From: Botryllus schlosseri
Lineage: Eukaryota
Length of the DNA: 64,000 nt
Direction of reading: 5' to 3'
NCBI GenBank assembly: GCA_051294905.1
Contig: CM119371.1
Span: forward strand, 5,272,001-5,336,000
In this document: one piece after another, positions 13,014 to 26,532 of the stretch
Layout of the letters: each line of letters begins with the position of its first letter
How positions within the stretch are numbered: the stretch's first letter is position 1
Program-made: the position numbers and the translations under genes
The notes under the pieces: generated by a model
Database searches by the model: none
Seen by the model: only the letters and a program-made list of their open reading frames with translations
Told to the model about the DNA's origin: nothing

Positions 13014-13451
13014 TAGGGTTGCATTTAAAACAAACGGTGTTCCAAAACACTTTCTTTAAAACATGTTTTAAGCAGTGTTATAAACCAAGGCCTTTAAAAA
13101 ACAATATTGTGTTTTTTTAGTTATGAAATTATGCCATAATTGTGTGAATACTTTCCAAAAAAACATGCTGTATGGGCCTACGGACAATCACCATCCGATA
13201 TAGCCAACGTATATCGATATGGGATGGTTGAAACCACTAAAATAGTCGGTTCAACAGCAATAGTACATATATTTCGTCACATGAGCTAAATTTACTCTAT
13301 ATTTTCAATTGTCAATGTCAATCCACCAAGACATCAAAATAGAATATTCGTGACGTCATGGCTTAAAGGAAAACAATTAAACATGTTTTAAACAAGGTAT
13401 TTGTTTTAATCATTTTTTTTTAAATTGATTTTCGTTTTAACTGCAACCCTA
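13014..13451. mobile_element. MITE with TAGGGTTGCA termini (nested)
   Basis: TIRs TAGGGTTGCATTTAAAAC / GTTTTAACTGCAACCCTA. The TSD is not clean. Confidence 0.65.
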
Positions 13452-13857
13452 AATACAATGCAATTACCAATATTATTGACGAAATTCAGTCTTGAACTAG
13501 AAAAATGACCATGGGGCCCAAGACTCACGTTTGGAGTCGGGGACGAATTGCTGTTTTGGTCTGATTTTAGCTACAATAACCCACGCGCACACTGTGAATA
13601 AGCGGATGGCTATGTCAGCAGGTCCGAATATCGAGTAAATAAGTGTGAAATATCGATTGGCGCCCGTTTCAAGTAGAGTCATATGAGAATAAGATAAAGG
13701 AAACATAATATTCTACCTTCAACTCAATACAGATACTGCCAGCTACCGTTACTAGAAACGGCAAAGACCGTCTCGGTTATAATATATATCAGCAGCTGTT
13801 GATCTTTATTTGTTCGTTGTGGAAACCGTAATATTTTATTTGACGAGTACAAAAATT

Positions 13858-14858
13858 TAGGGATGGTGTGAACGTGAGGTTCACGTTCGCGTTCTGTGTG
13901 TGAACCTCGAGAATTTAGAGGTTCACGTTCACAACAGAACCTTGGTAGGTTCTGCACTGTGAACCTTTTTGGTAAATTACAATTTTCCATTCATTATAAG
14001 ATCTTTGGTTCAAATTTATTGCATTTCAACTGCGGGCCACTCTATGCATGGCAATGGCAGCGTAGAAAATCAACACTAATCGAGCATGCACCTTGACAAT
14101 TTTAAAAGTTTTACTTGCTTTGTTACAAAAATGTTCTCGAAATATCCAGCTTTCCGTTCGTGAATATTTAGTGACTCTCTGCTGTGAGCTTGACCCACAA
14201 TCGCACAACATCACGAGCGAAATACGTAGTCAGCGAATGATGCTTATTCAACCAATCAATTACATTGATATCGTTTTCTGGTGTAACCTAGCAGGCGTAC
14301 GGGGTCAATTTTGACTTCATATCTTTACTGTCCCATTAAAACCAAAACCGTGCGTTTAAGGTGTTGGCTACTGCTGTATAACTTGTTGTTGTTTGTGGTA
14401 TCGGTAGCCAGTATAGAAACCCGTTTTACACTCTGCTCATTATTAATTATTATCAATGTAGCAATACTCAGACGCCGAATACCGCATTGTCCGGTGAGGC
14501 CTAGACCGTTAAGCCCCAAGCTTATATTCCCTGGTAAGTCCTCGTCGAAAATGTTGACAAAGCGACGGAATGTATTGATTTTATGGGATTATTATATTCT
14601 TTGACTACCGCGGTTGATACATTCAGCAACGTTTGAAACGCCAGTATGTACTTCAGCATTGTGGCATTATGTGGCCCGTGTCGTCGCTAGGTGTCGTGTA
14701 CATTATTATAAGCTATCACTTCATTGAAAGATAGGGTTGGAATTAGCAATATGACGTCGCGTGACGTCATGAGGTTCACGTTCGCGTTCACACAGAACCT
14801 TTCAAAAAGGTTCGCGTTCACACGAACCTGAACCTTTCAGAGGTTCACACCATCCCTA
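13858..14858. mobile_element. MITE with TAGGGATGGTGTGAAC termini and GGTTCAC/GTGAAC subterminal repeats (nested)
   Basis: Perfect 16-bp TIR. The flanks TACAAAAATT / TACAAAATTT look like a degenerate TSD. Confidence 0.78.
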
Positions 14859-16639
14859 TACAAAATTTCAAATCTTTGTATGGTGTACGTTGTACGTACG
14901 TACATGCTACATAGGCCTGCTGTTCGCCAAGCAGCAACGGTCAAACTACGTATAACTAAGAATAACCATTAACCAAACATCAATACATAAGTTACTATGA
15001 CACTAGGCAGAGTGGGGATTATTATCCTGCTGCGAGGTAGTGGCGTCTAAAGTGCATTGATAATCCGATATTCACAGCGGTGTGTGTTATTACAATCACA
15101 CAACAATGTACCTCGAATACCTATTTACTATGTGTGGATACTTCTTACGCAATGACGAGCAAAGCTAATACTTCTGACGTAATAATGAGGAGTAGCGTTT
15201 GAAAATCAGACGTTTGTGCTATCACTAACCTCGTATAATATATGTTCATTGTTCAATAATGTTCAGTTTATGTCATAGTCCTTGTACAAATAAAAAGTAA
15301 TCGTTCTTTCACAAAGAAATCGAATAAATATGGGAAGTAGTCGATTACGATTACGATTACTTCGGATTTTTCTCGAATGTAATCGATTGCGATTACGATT
15401 ACTTCAAAATGCTGTAATCGTCGTAATCGATTACGATTACTAATCGCGATTACCCCATGTCTGGTGACGATAGCATTTGATTGATACCATTTGTTATGAA
15501 TTACGAGATATTTATGATGAATTGCAGGTGAGGCACGACGCGCACGTGCCTCACCTGTGCCCAACTCTCCTTTCGCGCTGTATTTTCAATAAGAATTATG
15601 CAAATTGATAATGTTGGGTGAAAAAATGTTCAAATTTAGTTATTTATGAACATCGATGTAAAATATTGATAATCATCGACTCATAGAGGGTTTTCACGAT
15701 TTTCACTTACTCACCCTGAAGACAGGTGAGGCACTGCCTCACCTGCCTCATTGGACCGCACGTCACTGTAATACTTATTGTATTGAATTCGTTGTTCTAA
15801 TCCGAATCCGAACATCCTAATTAGAGGTCTAATGTACCAAATTATGAGGTTCTATATCAGTGGTCGGGAACCTATGGCTCGCGAGCCATATATGGCTCTT
15901 TTGGGTACAAGATATGGCTATTTGCCAAATATTTATTTGTGTACTTAATTGATCAATATTGCAGCGACTTGTTGGTAAATTTTCATCACGGCTGGAATAA
16001 TTATCCTCGTGACGGTATAAACATGTCTTTGAGAGATAAAAACAATAATGCCGTTTTCATGTTTAGGGGCTTAGTCCCCCTCTTTTCAAAATCATAAAAT
16101 TTAGGTTACTGTCACGCCGGCGGTCAATACCACTCGCGAATTCTATGTACTCGACTCGAAATCTTGAATTGTGCGACACGTTGATTAATCAAAGAGGATA
16201 GCAGACATGGTGACGCCCATTTCAAAACGCAGTTTTGTCTTTGTCTTTTGTCCCACTGTCTTTCTGATCTACGGCGCGAAATGAACTGCCGTGGACGTGA
16301 CATTCACAATTACAAACAACGCCATAGCTATCCACGTTCTTGATTAGTAAAGCTCTGTGGTACCGGCGATAAAATGTATGCGTGAAACGCAACGTTATGT
16401 TACCGCCGAATACCTTAACAATTGAGAAGTCGATAAGTATTTAAATTTTCGGAATCAGGGTGACAGTTACATTCGATATCAGTTATATTAAATTCTAAGA
16501 TACTTACGATGAATTGCGTTATCAATGGTGAGACTTGGCCCGTCTGTGCCTTACCGCTCGTTCCGAGCTTTATTTTCTTACAATGCATACCCGTTTTTAC
16601 AGAGAAAATATGACGCACAAAGGAATCCCATGTAGTGAG

Positions 16640-17840
16640 CAGAGATGCCACTGGGATATTTCGGAAAAACCCAGATGTGGAGGCGAAATAAACCGATAAA
16701 AACCCAGATCCTATATTTCACTCAAAAGACACGAGATAGCTGTGAAAGTGGAGCCTGATAGTCGTCGAATACACTCATACAGTCATTGAAGCCTTTGATA
16801 TTTAATTTACAACAGTTCATAATACACATTTTGCTTGGTTAATACTGCGAATCGCAAAAAAACATGTTGTGTTCCTCTCAACACATCGCAATGAAACAAT
16901 TGTGGCGCACCGTGAATACTTAATAGTGTACCTGTACTAATTATATCATCGCGCTGCGAAAGTTCAATGCAATGCCATCCATTCCCTATTTCTAAGGATG
17001 ATTTCATGTATTTTCAGCGACCTGGATGGATTGAAAGTAGCTTTCGATTGATTAATCCAACGACAATCACTTTTATTTGGAATAAACACAGACCAATGTA
17101 TAGTGAAAATAAATACCGTAACTGCCAAATCATGAAATTCAGGGTTAGGGTTAGGGTTCGAATGTGCTGATATCCAATGCCTCTGATTAACTTGCTAGGG
17201 TGTCCAACTAACTAACTCTCTCTCTCTCTCTGGGTGTTCTCTCTCTCTCTCTCTGGGTGTTCTCTCTCTCTCTCTCTGGGTGTTCGTTCTCTCTCTCTCT
17301 CTCTCTCTGGGTGTTCGTTCTCTCTCTCTCTCTCTCTCTCTGGGTGTCCCTGTTGGAACTATAAATATACTCAGATAACAATAGGATTATATAAGTCGAA
17401 TCATCACTTGGTCTGTTCATGTCCTTGTGCATACCGCATACAGTTACATGATATTTATCGATACATGCCGAATTGTTCACCAAGTGCCGAGTTCTCTACT
17501 GGCAATCGTCCTATATGAACATGACTTTCTGCGACCTGGATGTTACCATTCAATGAAGCTCCATCGCATCAAGCGGAAGCCTCTTATTTTAGTAGTGAAA
17601 TAGATTCTCAACACTTTGTCGTTACAATAACAGCAAAATTCATCGACAATGGCGAACTGAAGTGCGTGGATTTCATGATATTGCGACCATACGAATCTAA
17701 TAATTAATTTTTGAACGTAATACTGACCTGGCGAACTGGATGTTGAAAAAAACCCAGATTTCAAGGATAAAAACCCAGAAACCCAGGTGATGCTCAAAAA
17801 ACCCAGATGTGGGTGGAAAAACCCAGGAGTGGCATCTCTG
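16640..17840. mobile_element. hAT element with AAAACCCAG subterminal repeats, nested in 15858-17987
   Basis: TIRs CAGAGATGCCACT / AGTGGCATCTCTG and an exact TSD GTAGTGAG (16632-16639, 17841-17848). Confidence 0.88.
17215..17348. repeat. Compound microsatellite (TC)n interrupted by TGGGTGTT
   Basis: Five (TC)n blocks, each followed by TGGGTGT. Confidence 0.95.
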
Positions 17841-18169
17841 GTAGTGAGTTCGAATTACTGCTACCATGACGTGTAGAATTTTCAATTGTGACGTAACAGT
17901 TGATTGGCAGGTATGGCTCTTTGGGAGTTGAGATGGAAAAAATAGGGCCAATATGGCTCTTCGGACAAAAAAGGTTCCCGGCCACTGTTCTGTATGAATC
18001 AAACGAATTAATGAAATGTCTGAGACAACAGTAAATTATGTTGATGTCATCCCTAACAAATGAGCTTGAAGAAGGTAAGTTTACCACAGTAACGCTTTTA
18101 CTAAAACGTTTTTTAAGGTAACATGCTATTAAGCGGTAACCAAACCCAGAATCAGCATATCCATGACAC

Positions 18170-18893
18170 CAGGGCCGGCCAACCCGTGGCCCACGGGCCA
18201 CATGTGGCCCGCCAGACAGTATTGAGTGGCCCGCGAGGTAATTTCCGAAATCAGTAATATTATCAAAAATGGATTGCACAGATTGTAAACTTGCAAGGCC
18301 AACCAAAAATTTGATTAGTCTGGCCGCAACTCTTGAGATTTGATGAATAAAATATCAGTTCCGACGCATTGGCAGATCCATGAGCCATTCACATTTTGGT
18401 AGATCTTCGTACACTACAATAAAGCAGAATACTTTGCGATAGATTTATCATAAGTAAAAATCCAATACACGCTTCGCTCAACATGTTGTCATTCGATTTT
18501 TTGCTTTTAATATTGTTACCCCTTTGTGAAAATGAAAGAACGCCTAATGTATCGGATGGAGTGTAACTATATTCGCGATTACGAGACAAAGTGTCATTCA
18601 ACATATGCGACCTTGCGTTTGCGCTTGCAGAAACACCGTCGACTATGAAACCTAGGCCCAAAATGATTGACGCATGTTGGTCAAAGCTTCCGATATCGAT
18701 ATGTCCAGGCGCCGAATAGTCTATTCCTTGCAAACTGAGCCCAGCGATATGCAGCCAGCCCGCAATATAGTCAAGTGACAATATTATTGACCTACGAACT
18801 TCGAAAAATTTTCGCGCTTGGCGCGGCTGGTGGCCCGCGCAATAGTTCGCCAATCAAATGTGGCCCTTGGGCTAAAAAGGTTGGCCACCCCTG
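18170..18893. mobile_element. hAT (Charlie-like) MITE (nested)
   Basis: TIRs CAGGGCCGGCCAACC / GGTTGGCCACCCCTG, GGCCC repeats, and an exact TSD CATGACAC (18162-18169, 18894-18901). Confidence 0.88.
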
Positions 18894-19744
18894 CATGACA
18901 CGATCACTTCTCACTTATTCAAATTTCCAACTTGTCATAAGAATCGGCAAAACCTACTTCCATCCCCAATGTTGACGAATTGATTGAGGATGACCACTGA
19001 CCAGCTAATAAAAAGGCTAACACATGTGCGTTATCATCAAATCAAGGTTTAAATTGTTTTATTCCATATCCATGTATTATCTCCATGTCGCCATGATTAC
19101 TATATAATCATACTATCATACGATCATATTATAATGCGGCCCGCGAGCTGAAAAGTTTGCCCACTCCTGTGCTAGACCCTAATGTCACTTAGCTATCTGT
19201 CAATAACGATGAAGAAGCGCGGTATCTCATCATAACTACAGCACATTCATAATACCTTCGGAAGCCTAAATATATATTAATGATATAAATGTCTGCGCTG
19301 CAGCCAACAGCGCGTGAAAATAAATATCGTGAATCCTAAAACTCGCAGCAATTATTTCTAGAGATCTACCAGAATATTTGGGAAACGAAAGCATGATATC
19401 GCTAGTTATATTCGATTCTGCTCGGGCGTTAATTCATTACTGCGCAATGTGAAGTCTGCCTATATCAGTCATACCATTTGAGCAACCTATTACTACGGCA
19501 TTCTGAAAACTGTACTGTTCAACTTGAAATAGTGTCAACCAGAGTAATAGCGTTCTTAGTCTGAAATGTTACGCCCTATGCGTTCGTTATAGCCTTGGGC
19601 AACGATATCATGATCGCTGTGAAAAATGAAACGAGGCAAACTTCACGATCCGGAAAAGCAGTCTACCGTGGAAAAGTGTAGCGAATGTTTAGGAAATAGT
19701 ACAAGTACAAGTACAAGTACAACACAAGTACAAGCACAAGTACA

Positions 19745-20186
19745 ACACACGCGCGTCCACGTCGTCCAAATATCATATGATCGACCGAAAAGATCATCGC
19801 TCCATCAAATATGCCGGACCTGATGTGTGGAACAGTATCCCGCCGGCCATCCGACAGTCGACGAGCATGTCCACATTCAAGTCGAAATACAAGCAATTAC
19901 TACTAAATAAATACAGTCCATCCTCAAGATTACCGGACCACGACTGACCTATCAACTCGCTTCCCATTACATGCCGCCCTATTTCTTGTCGCTTTCTTTT
20001 TCTATACTGTATTCTTTACTTTCATTCAGTGTGCATGCCTCCTCTTTACTACGCCTAGGCCAAGGTGGGTGTCCGATTCCATTCACAAATCCAAGTCGCT
20101 TCGACATCTTCCTGTCTATTCATTGTATCGCATTTTTTGTGGTGTATTGAACTGATAAAATTGCTAATAAACCAATGACGATGATA
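19745..20186 (+). mobile_element. 5'-truncated CR1/L2/Crack-group LINE (ORF2 C-terminus plus 3' UTR)
   Basis: 19798-19947 translates RSIKYAGPDVWNSIPPAIRQSTSMSTFKSKYKQLLLNKY..*, the typical 'GP..WN.LP..IR......FK..LK' end of CR1-group ORF2. It finishes with AATAAACCAATGACGATGAT. Confidence 0.78.
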
Positions 20187-21617
20187 AAAACCGTCTACAT
20201 TTGAGTTGTATGTCCATTGTCCAAGTATCAGATATTAAACTGAATAATGGTTGTTTGATAATATGTAAGACGCCGAAAGGCGTTATCTTTATTGCTTATG
20301 TATTTTCATCATCATTGGTTTATTAGCAAATTTAGCAGCAGCTTTTTGGGTATATAATGCAATTGGTATATTTGCAGGGTTTATGTTGTTGCTAGACCGC
20401 ACGAACTTACTACAACAGGGGTAGGCAATTATTTTACTCCGCGGGCCAACTGAGAAGTGGATATACGTTGACGGGCCGAGTGAAAAATTTCAACTATTCT
20501 TCAGCGTATTTTGATTTCATTTATAAATTACACTGTTAATAAATGTTGCTCTGGAAATGAGAAATTAACGGTAAATTAAAATATATCTATTTGCCGTCAT
20601 GATTCTAAACAATGTGAAACATGATACATTTCTAACTCTCTTTAAACCCATATCCACGTTCTTCTATTAAGTGGTTCTCCAAGTTTTTTGGAACGCGTCC
20701 CTTTAAGATAGTGAAAAATTTCGCGCCCTCTTCTGATGTCACAAGATCTTAAGAAGTGCAATCAGATTGCTTGCAATCCCAACGGATAGTTTAATGACAT
20801 GGAAGTTTTGATGAGTGGATTCTGAAATATCAGCGGGCAATATAAAGAGTAATAACTGTAGCCTGGGGTAAATCGCGCGGAGCGCGAAAAATCATATTTA
20901 ATATTAACAAAACGAATAACGCGATATTTCAACGGAAATTCTCGAGACTCGTTATATTACGTACAAGGTTGTCAAACTCCTCGTCTCAAATTTTTGAACG
21001 CACCGACCACCACTATCTTCCTCACATGAATCTGATTCCCGCAGCAAACAACTTTACTTCGGGAATGATACCCCAGTGTTCGTGAAACGATTTCCATGTA
21101 ATTTGTGTAGTATTGACATGTCATGAAAATCGCAAGTTCCACTTTTAATTCAGTATAATGGACTTGAAGTGTCGTTTACCTCGAGTCGAGTAGCGACGCC
21201 GACTTTTATTTAACCAGTACTACATGACTCACACTGACCATATTTGGTCAGAAATGAGATAATATAGTGTATCAGCAATGCGAGGGATTCGTCTCACAAA
21301 GTCAAAGTTTTGGTAAAAATGACTGGAACTCGAAATTGAAGAGTAATACCCGAGATATCCAGACAGACAAGACACGCCTAATAATACACAGTATGTTTTG
21401 AATCGAACTTGATTCTGTGGCGAATTGAAACCGACTCGACTTGACTCGAGTGATATCTACAAAAGTGAGACTTGGAACCTCGTAAATTAGTTACAGCCTT
21501 GATGAAAAGACAATCAGTTGCAGAGCTTAGCGATTTCATTTGCTAATGCATAAATTTATTGTAAAAGTCGATTTCGCAACAACACAAAATTGCATCAAGA
21601 ATATCACGAATCATCGT

Positions 21618-21800
21618 CTATAGTAGAGTCGCCAAACACGAGTCTTTCCGAATACACTCTGCGTATCGTAAGCGAGCTCCCATTCGATGATTCCATCTGT
21701 ATTTTTGTAGCAATTCCAATTTGTAGGATGTGAAGTTACGTTGCTGTTCGATGTAAATCACGGTTCTCATCAGAGGACACAGAATCCCTTTTGTGTGGTC
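21618..21800 (-). pseudogene. PLK1-like: PLK1-like terminal exon (polo-box 2)
   Basis: DHTKGILCPLMRTVIYIEQQRNFTSYKLELLQKY..ARLRYA matches the PLK1 PB2 pattern [34 protein letters not shown]. An AG acceptor precedes it. Confidence 0.8.
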
Positions 21801-22717
21801 CTACTCTCCTGCATGATTGAAAACACATATTAAAGCAAAGGTGCTCAATATACTCATGTAGACGTAACCTCGTAAATTTAAAACAAACAAGTAGTAGGTG
21901 GTCAAGGTAGACGGCGATGCTACTCATGTAAAAGGAACTTCCTAAATATTTAACTAATTACAAGTAGAAGTAACGACACAAATTTATACTCAGTTACAGG
22001 CAAAAGTATTCCCACTTCGAACCAACCGCGGTTGAAGCAAAACTACTCACCTTTGATACATTGAATTTTATAAAGTTTAAAGTAGATTTTACTACTGTTA
22101 TAAGTGACATTGTCACAACAGCTAACCAAAAGTAGTCCGTCTATTATGGGAAACAGAATTTATTTTGGTCAATTGCATCTATTGGTAATGTAATCGGTCA
22201 TTTTGTATTGGTCGTGAACATGAATCTTGCCATTTCTGATGTAGCCAACTACGATCAGTTACTAAAAGTATGCGACGTCTTGAACAATTATACTTTTCAA
22301 AACTACTCGATTTGACTACCTTTCCAACCATCCTTCTTTACTTCTACTTCAAGTGGCTTTGACAAGTCCTGGAAATCACTACTCCCACTAGTGATTTAGT
22401 AGAAATAGTATACATGTATGCAATTGGCAGTAACACTTTGATATTACTTGACAGAAGTAGTCTGTAAAACGTACTTTCATTTTCACAAATAACTAGAGTA
22501 GGTTTTACCTACTTGCACTATTGCTTCGAGTAGATATGACTTTAAACTTCTTCCACTTGACAGTCTCAAGTGTGAAAAGTAAGCAGCCTTGTTTAAAATC
22601 TATTAGTTAGAAGTAATGTATTATAAAATCAGTCCGAATAAGTAACTGTTGTGATCCTGCATCATTAGCATTATATTGCTTTCATTTCCCATCAAATCAC
22701 AAATGTATTCAACCCAC

Positions 22718-22923
22718 CTTGGACAAATGCTCGGACATGTTGTTGTGGAAATACGCGAGCAAGATTACTTTCTTGGTTAGCGTGATCGCGTGTTGTTGAA
22801 GTGTGCAGTGAGATTCTGTCGTATCTCTGTCAATACAATGCAATTGCTCGTCGTTGGTGTACAAAAATATTGGCGTGCTATCTTTATAAAGTACTTTGTT
22901 GTTGTTGTCACATCGTAGGTAAC
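22718..22923 (-). pseudogene. PLK1-like: PLK1-like exon (polo-box 1)
   Basis: GYLRCDNNNKVLYKDSTPIFLYTNDEQLHCIDRDTTESHCTL..TKKVILLAYFHNNMSEHLSK parallels PLK1 [51 protein letters not shown]. It has CAG/GT boundaries. Confidence 0.85.
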
Positions 22924-23823
22924 CTGAAATTGGAATCAAATTTATCAAAATTTTGCAGTTATTTAAACGACTGCCATAGTAAGGAAAATATCAAAATTTT
23001 ATTTGAATCAATGAATATTTTTCAGCTATTTCGAGGCCAGCTATACTAAGGACGATGTTGGGATATTTACAGGCATTCCTGAGCAGCGAAATGTTTTGAT
23101 ATGTATCACATAATTGTATATTACATTATTGAAGTTGTATTCATGTTAGTTGGCAAGAGGTGATGAAAACCATTAGTTAGACAAGCAGAAAATCAGCTTA
23201 TCCAATTTGGATTAGAATTACTGGATTCGCAAAATCTATCGAATCGAATCAAATTCCTAATTGGTAAAAAATGTAACAAAAATAGAGTTTCATTTGCATC
23301 ATCAAATCATTCTCATAAGAATGAAAATGTCAAATGCTTCATCACCAAGCTCGGCTCGTTTTGCGCGATACAACTCTCCTGTAGGCCATTATTAATTCGA
23401 TAAGAATTGAACTGAGAACATGGAAAATTTTTACAAATCAGATTAGAATTAGATTACCGGCGTTAGGCTCTAATTATTCCAATTTGACAATTAAAATTAT
23501 ATAGTTGACCAAGTCTGCGTCAAAAGATAACATTAACGATTTCCAGGATAGCAGTAATTGTCGGGCTGGTCACAAATATTCCACAAATATTCCAGTATCA
23601 ATTGCAACCATTGGAAACGAGTAGTTGGAGCGTATTTTTTATAGTTAACGAAAATATACACGTCCCCTTGTTTTCACAATGATTGTACAATTCAAGTGGG
23701 CCTAATGTTGTTTCTAATTAGTAGAATATACAGCGCTATTTCTACTTCTATTTGAGTAGTCAAGAAGACTACTTTATTCGCTTGCGTATTTATCAAATTA
23801 GATTGTAATCTCATATCAGTACC

Positions 23824-23944
23824 GTTTGCATATCCAGACACAGCGACGATACCAAGATTTCCATATCGATTCCAGCGTCATCCATCAGATCCACTCATTT
23901 GCTGATCCAAAGCACCGGTACAGCAGCTGGCTCTTCTGCCTCAT
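23824..23944 (-). pseudogene. PLK1-like: PLK1-like exon (polo cap and start of PB1) with a nonsense change
   Basis: DEAEEPAAVPVLWISK*VD vs PLK1 EEAEDPACIPIFWVSKWVD; the conserved Trp codon is now TGA. The 3' boundary is uncertain. Confidence 0.75.
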
Positions 23945-24302
23945 CTGTCCAATCAAATATAGCTTTCAAATACAGAAATTGCCCACTAAGTCAGTGCTAA
24001 CAATCATTTTGGTGGAGTGTACCTTTTATTCGAATACAAACAATGTAATGACGGTTCTAGATCACATTACAGAGTATTTGGTATTTTTTATAATCTATCA
24101 TATTCATAGCGCATTGTGATAATGCTGTGGGCTGACAACGATTTCACAGAAATGTCATTTCTACTAATGAGGGTACTGCATAGCTTTGCCCTGCATGTTT
24201 CTTATGCTGCGATACGGCCAATCGAGGTTTACAGCCTACCACAGTGGAAAATATTATTGATCATATAATTTTCATTGATAAATTTGCTGCTAGTGTCGTG
24301 AT

Positions 24303-25790
24303 CAATGTTCCCTCTAATTTTTCAAGAGTCTGCGCAAACACGCCAACTCACTGCGCAGGCCCTCGGACAACAGTGCGCAACCACCCTCCAATAGGGTGAT
24401 AAAACTAACTACTGGGGGCTTTGCCCCCAGACCCCCCTACGGCTCTAGGCTTCTTCCGGTACTTATCATGTACAATGGGTGCCCATTTAGTAGTAGCGTC
24501 CCTAAACGCACGAAGCGCGAACAAATTTCTAAAATTCATGATTGCATCGGCCAATATGATCGGGAATTGCATATATATTGCTGTCAATTTTTATCCTCTC
24601 CCTGCTCACATAATCAGATTAACCAGTAGAGCTGATCCAGTGAGGTGTGTTGGAATAGATAGGCCCTCTAAATAATAATAAAACATCTTCGGGCGTACCC
24701 GTTGATATAATGACTTCGTTACATGATGCTATTTCGTGACCCCCTATCTGCTATGTCAAAAGATATTGAAATCGCCAAAACGTACTGAAGTAAAAGACGT
24801 ACACGATTTCAAATTGGTATTTCTTAACTGGCAAATAATGTTCCCTCGATATGGCATTTGTCTTGTTGTGGGACTCGGATCGCCAGGACAGGAACATTCG
24901 GCGCCAGCCATTTAGGCGCCCATGGACATGGACAATTACACATATATTTGTATATATCGAAGTTTTCGGTCAGCACCGGGGCAGTCTTTTTCGCCCAAGG
25001 TTTTCTCGCTGCTGATCGATCTGGCGCACTTCTTGGATTCGCATGTTACATAGCCTTGGCGCGTCATGGTGCGGTAATGGCCGACGCCCAACTGCCCATT
25101 TCTGTAAATCATGCTTAATTTTTGTTGGGAAAGGGTACCCTACCCAATAATCAGAAATCTTACAATAATAAAACGCGCGTAGCGCGAAAAAAATTCCTGA
25201 AAAATTTCAAAAAATACACCATGATTTGTATTAATTCTCGAAATAATTTTGAACCCCCTTCGAGCTCGGCCCCTCCAATTGGGTGGTTTGGGGTGCAAAA
25301 GTTACGGTCCTGAGTATAAATCTTACGCAATGTTGACTATCATTCGTTAGTTTCTCGCAGATTAACTTCGAGCTAGCCCATTGTTAGCTATAACTTTGTT
25401 AAACCATGTTATTCCGCTATTCCCAGAAAATAATGCGCTATTGAAATGATATCAGTATCGCTCACGTGTACGAGGCCATACTTAAAAAATATCTTCCTTG
25501 AGGCGTAGGTGATTGTGAACTCTCATTTCTTCACGGAGCGCAATAGTTACCTTTGCGGGGCGCATGCACCTCGGTTTCAGACTTCAGTGATAACACTATT
25601 TGGCCCTGGCAATGTTCCATCTTAATTTTCACGTATCTGCGCGCCTGCATGGTCCATTGGACAACAGTGCGCAACAACTATGAAAAAAAATATCATTTCT
25701 GATATTTTGTGCGCAGCGTAGATTTTCTGTGCGCAGAGACCGTTTCAGCACTGCGCATTTGCGCACGTGCGCAGCTTAGAGGGAACATTG
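24303..25790. mobile_element. hAT-like element with CAATGTTCCCTCTAA TIRs and TGCGCA repeats
   Basis: TIRs CAATGTTCCCTCTAA / TTAGAGGGAACATTG and an exact TSD GTCGTGAT (24295-24302, 25791-25798). A second internal left end lies at ~25610. Confidence 0.85.
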
Positions 25791-26507
25791 GTCGTGATAC
25801 CTTCATTAAAAACTTACACCAAAAGTTGTCGGAAGCGTTGGGCGTTAATATTACATTCACCATCACCTGTCTTTGTGGAAATGGATTTTCGGCAGTCGTT
25901 GCTATCAAATCGAAGACACGGATTTTCAAGACAATAAATATAGCAGTTAAATTCGCTTCGAAATAATAAAAGTCTACATTTAGTGTGATATTATTTTCAA
26001 GAAAAGTCATTTTGTTGCTGTTTATCGCTAGTCAACAATTAATATTTGCACAAGACAGATGACGGTTGTGCGAGCCGATAGGTGAGCTAAATTTGAACGA
26101 AAACTTGAGGGGGTCCGCGAAGACAAAAAGGTTGAGACCACTGAGGTACAGTGTTAGTGGAAATGACATATATCAAGTCGTGATCAAGCCACGCATTGTC
26201 ACATACCGGAACTAAATAGGTATGGTTGAAAAATAGAAATTATTTAGGGTGGTGTAGAAATGCTGTTATATCATTTGTGGTCGCATATTTGAACTTTCCA
26301 CATTTTTAAAAACGTTATGCCGTCACAAGAGGTGATACTCAGATACTCAACCAGAAGCCGAATAGTAAGATCAGGATGGAATCTGTCAGGTACTCGATTT
26401 AGCCCAGAATTACATTTAAGAACCGTGCGACCTTCTACATTTAAGACCCTTGCGACCACCTTTTTATAAAGATCCCTTATCAATGGTGCTATTGGTGCAT
26501 CAACTCA

Positions 26508-26532
26508 CAAAACACAACCCAGCGACCAGGCG
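26508..26532 (-). pseudogene. PLK1-like: 3' part of the PLK1-like kinase exon split by the palindromic element
   Basis: Reads (A)WSLGCVL followed by a GTGAGT donor (26507-26502), continuing the exon part at 45818-45982. Confidence 0.8.

Larger units (their letters stand above)
12033..15463. mobile_element. hAT element with (GATTAC)n subterminal arrays (nested)
   Basis: TIRs CAGACATGGGGTGATT / GATTACCCCATGTCTG and an exact TSD GTGACGAT (12025-12032, 15464-15471). Confidence 0.88.
11185..15768. mobile_element. Older hAT-like element with GGTGAGGCA subterminal repeats (nested)
   Basis: Degenerate TIRs CATTGACGCGCTG / CCGCACGTCACTG and a 6/8-matching TSD (AATTACTT vs TAATACTT). Confidence 0.55.
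15858..17987. mobile_element. hAT (Charlie-like) non-autonomous element (nested)
   Basis: TIRs CAGTGGTCGGGAACCT / AGGTTCCCGGCCACTG, TGGCTC subterminal motifs, and a 7/8-matching TSD TTCTATAT / TTCTGTAT. Confidence 0.83.
10658..19169 (+). mobile_element. Deleted Charlie/Buster hAT element expanded to 8.5 kb by nested insertions
   Basis: TIRs CAGGGGTGGGCAAACT / AGTTTGCCCACTCCTG and an exact TSD TGCTAGAC (10650-10657, 19170-19177). A residual C-terminal transposase-like peptide RSLLTYSNFQLVIRIGKTYF(fs)PNVDELIE lies at ~18901-18990. Confidence 0.85.

Noticed and set aside
17141..17158. (TTAGGG)n-like run as a telomere or healing site
   Set aside because: Only about three units, inside a MITE; no evidence of a chromosome end.
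25815..26400. Possible further PLK exons between subdomain IX and the polo box
   Set aside because: The similarity is too weak to call without an alignment.
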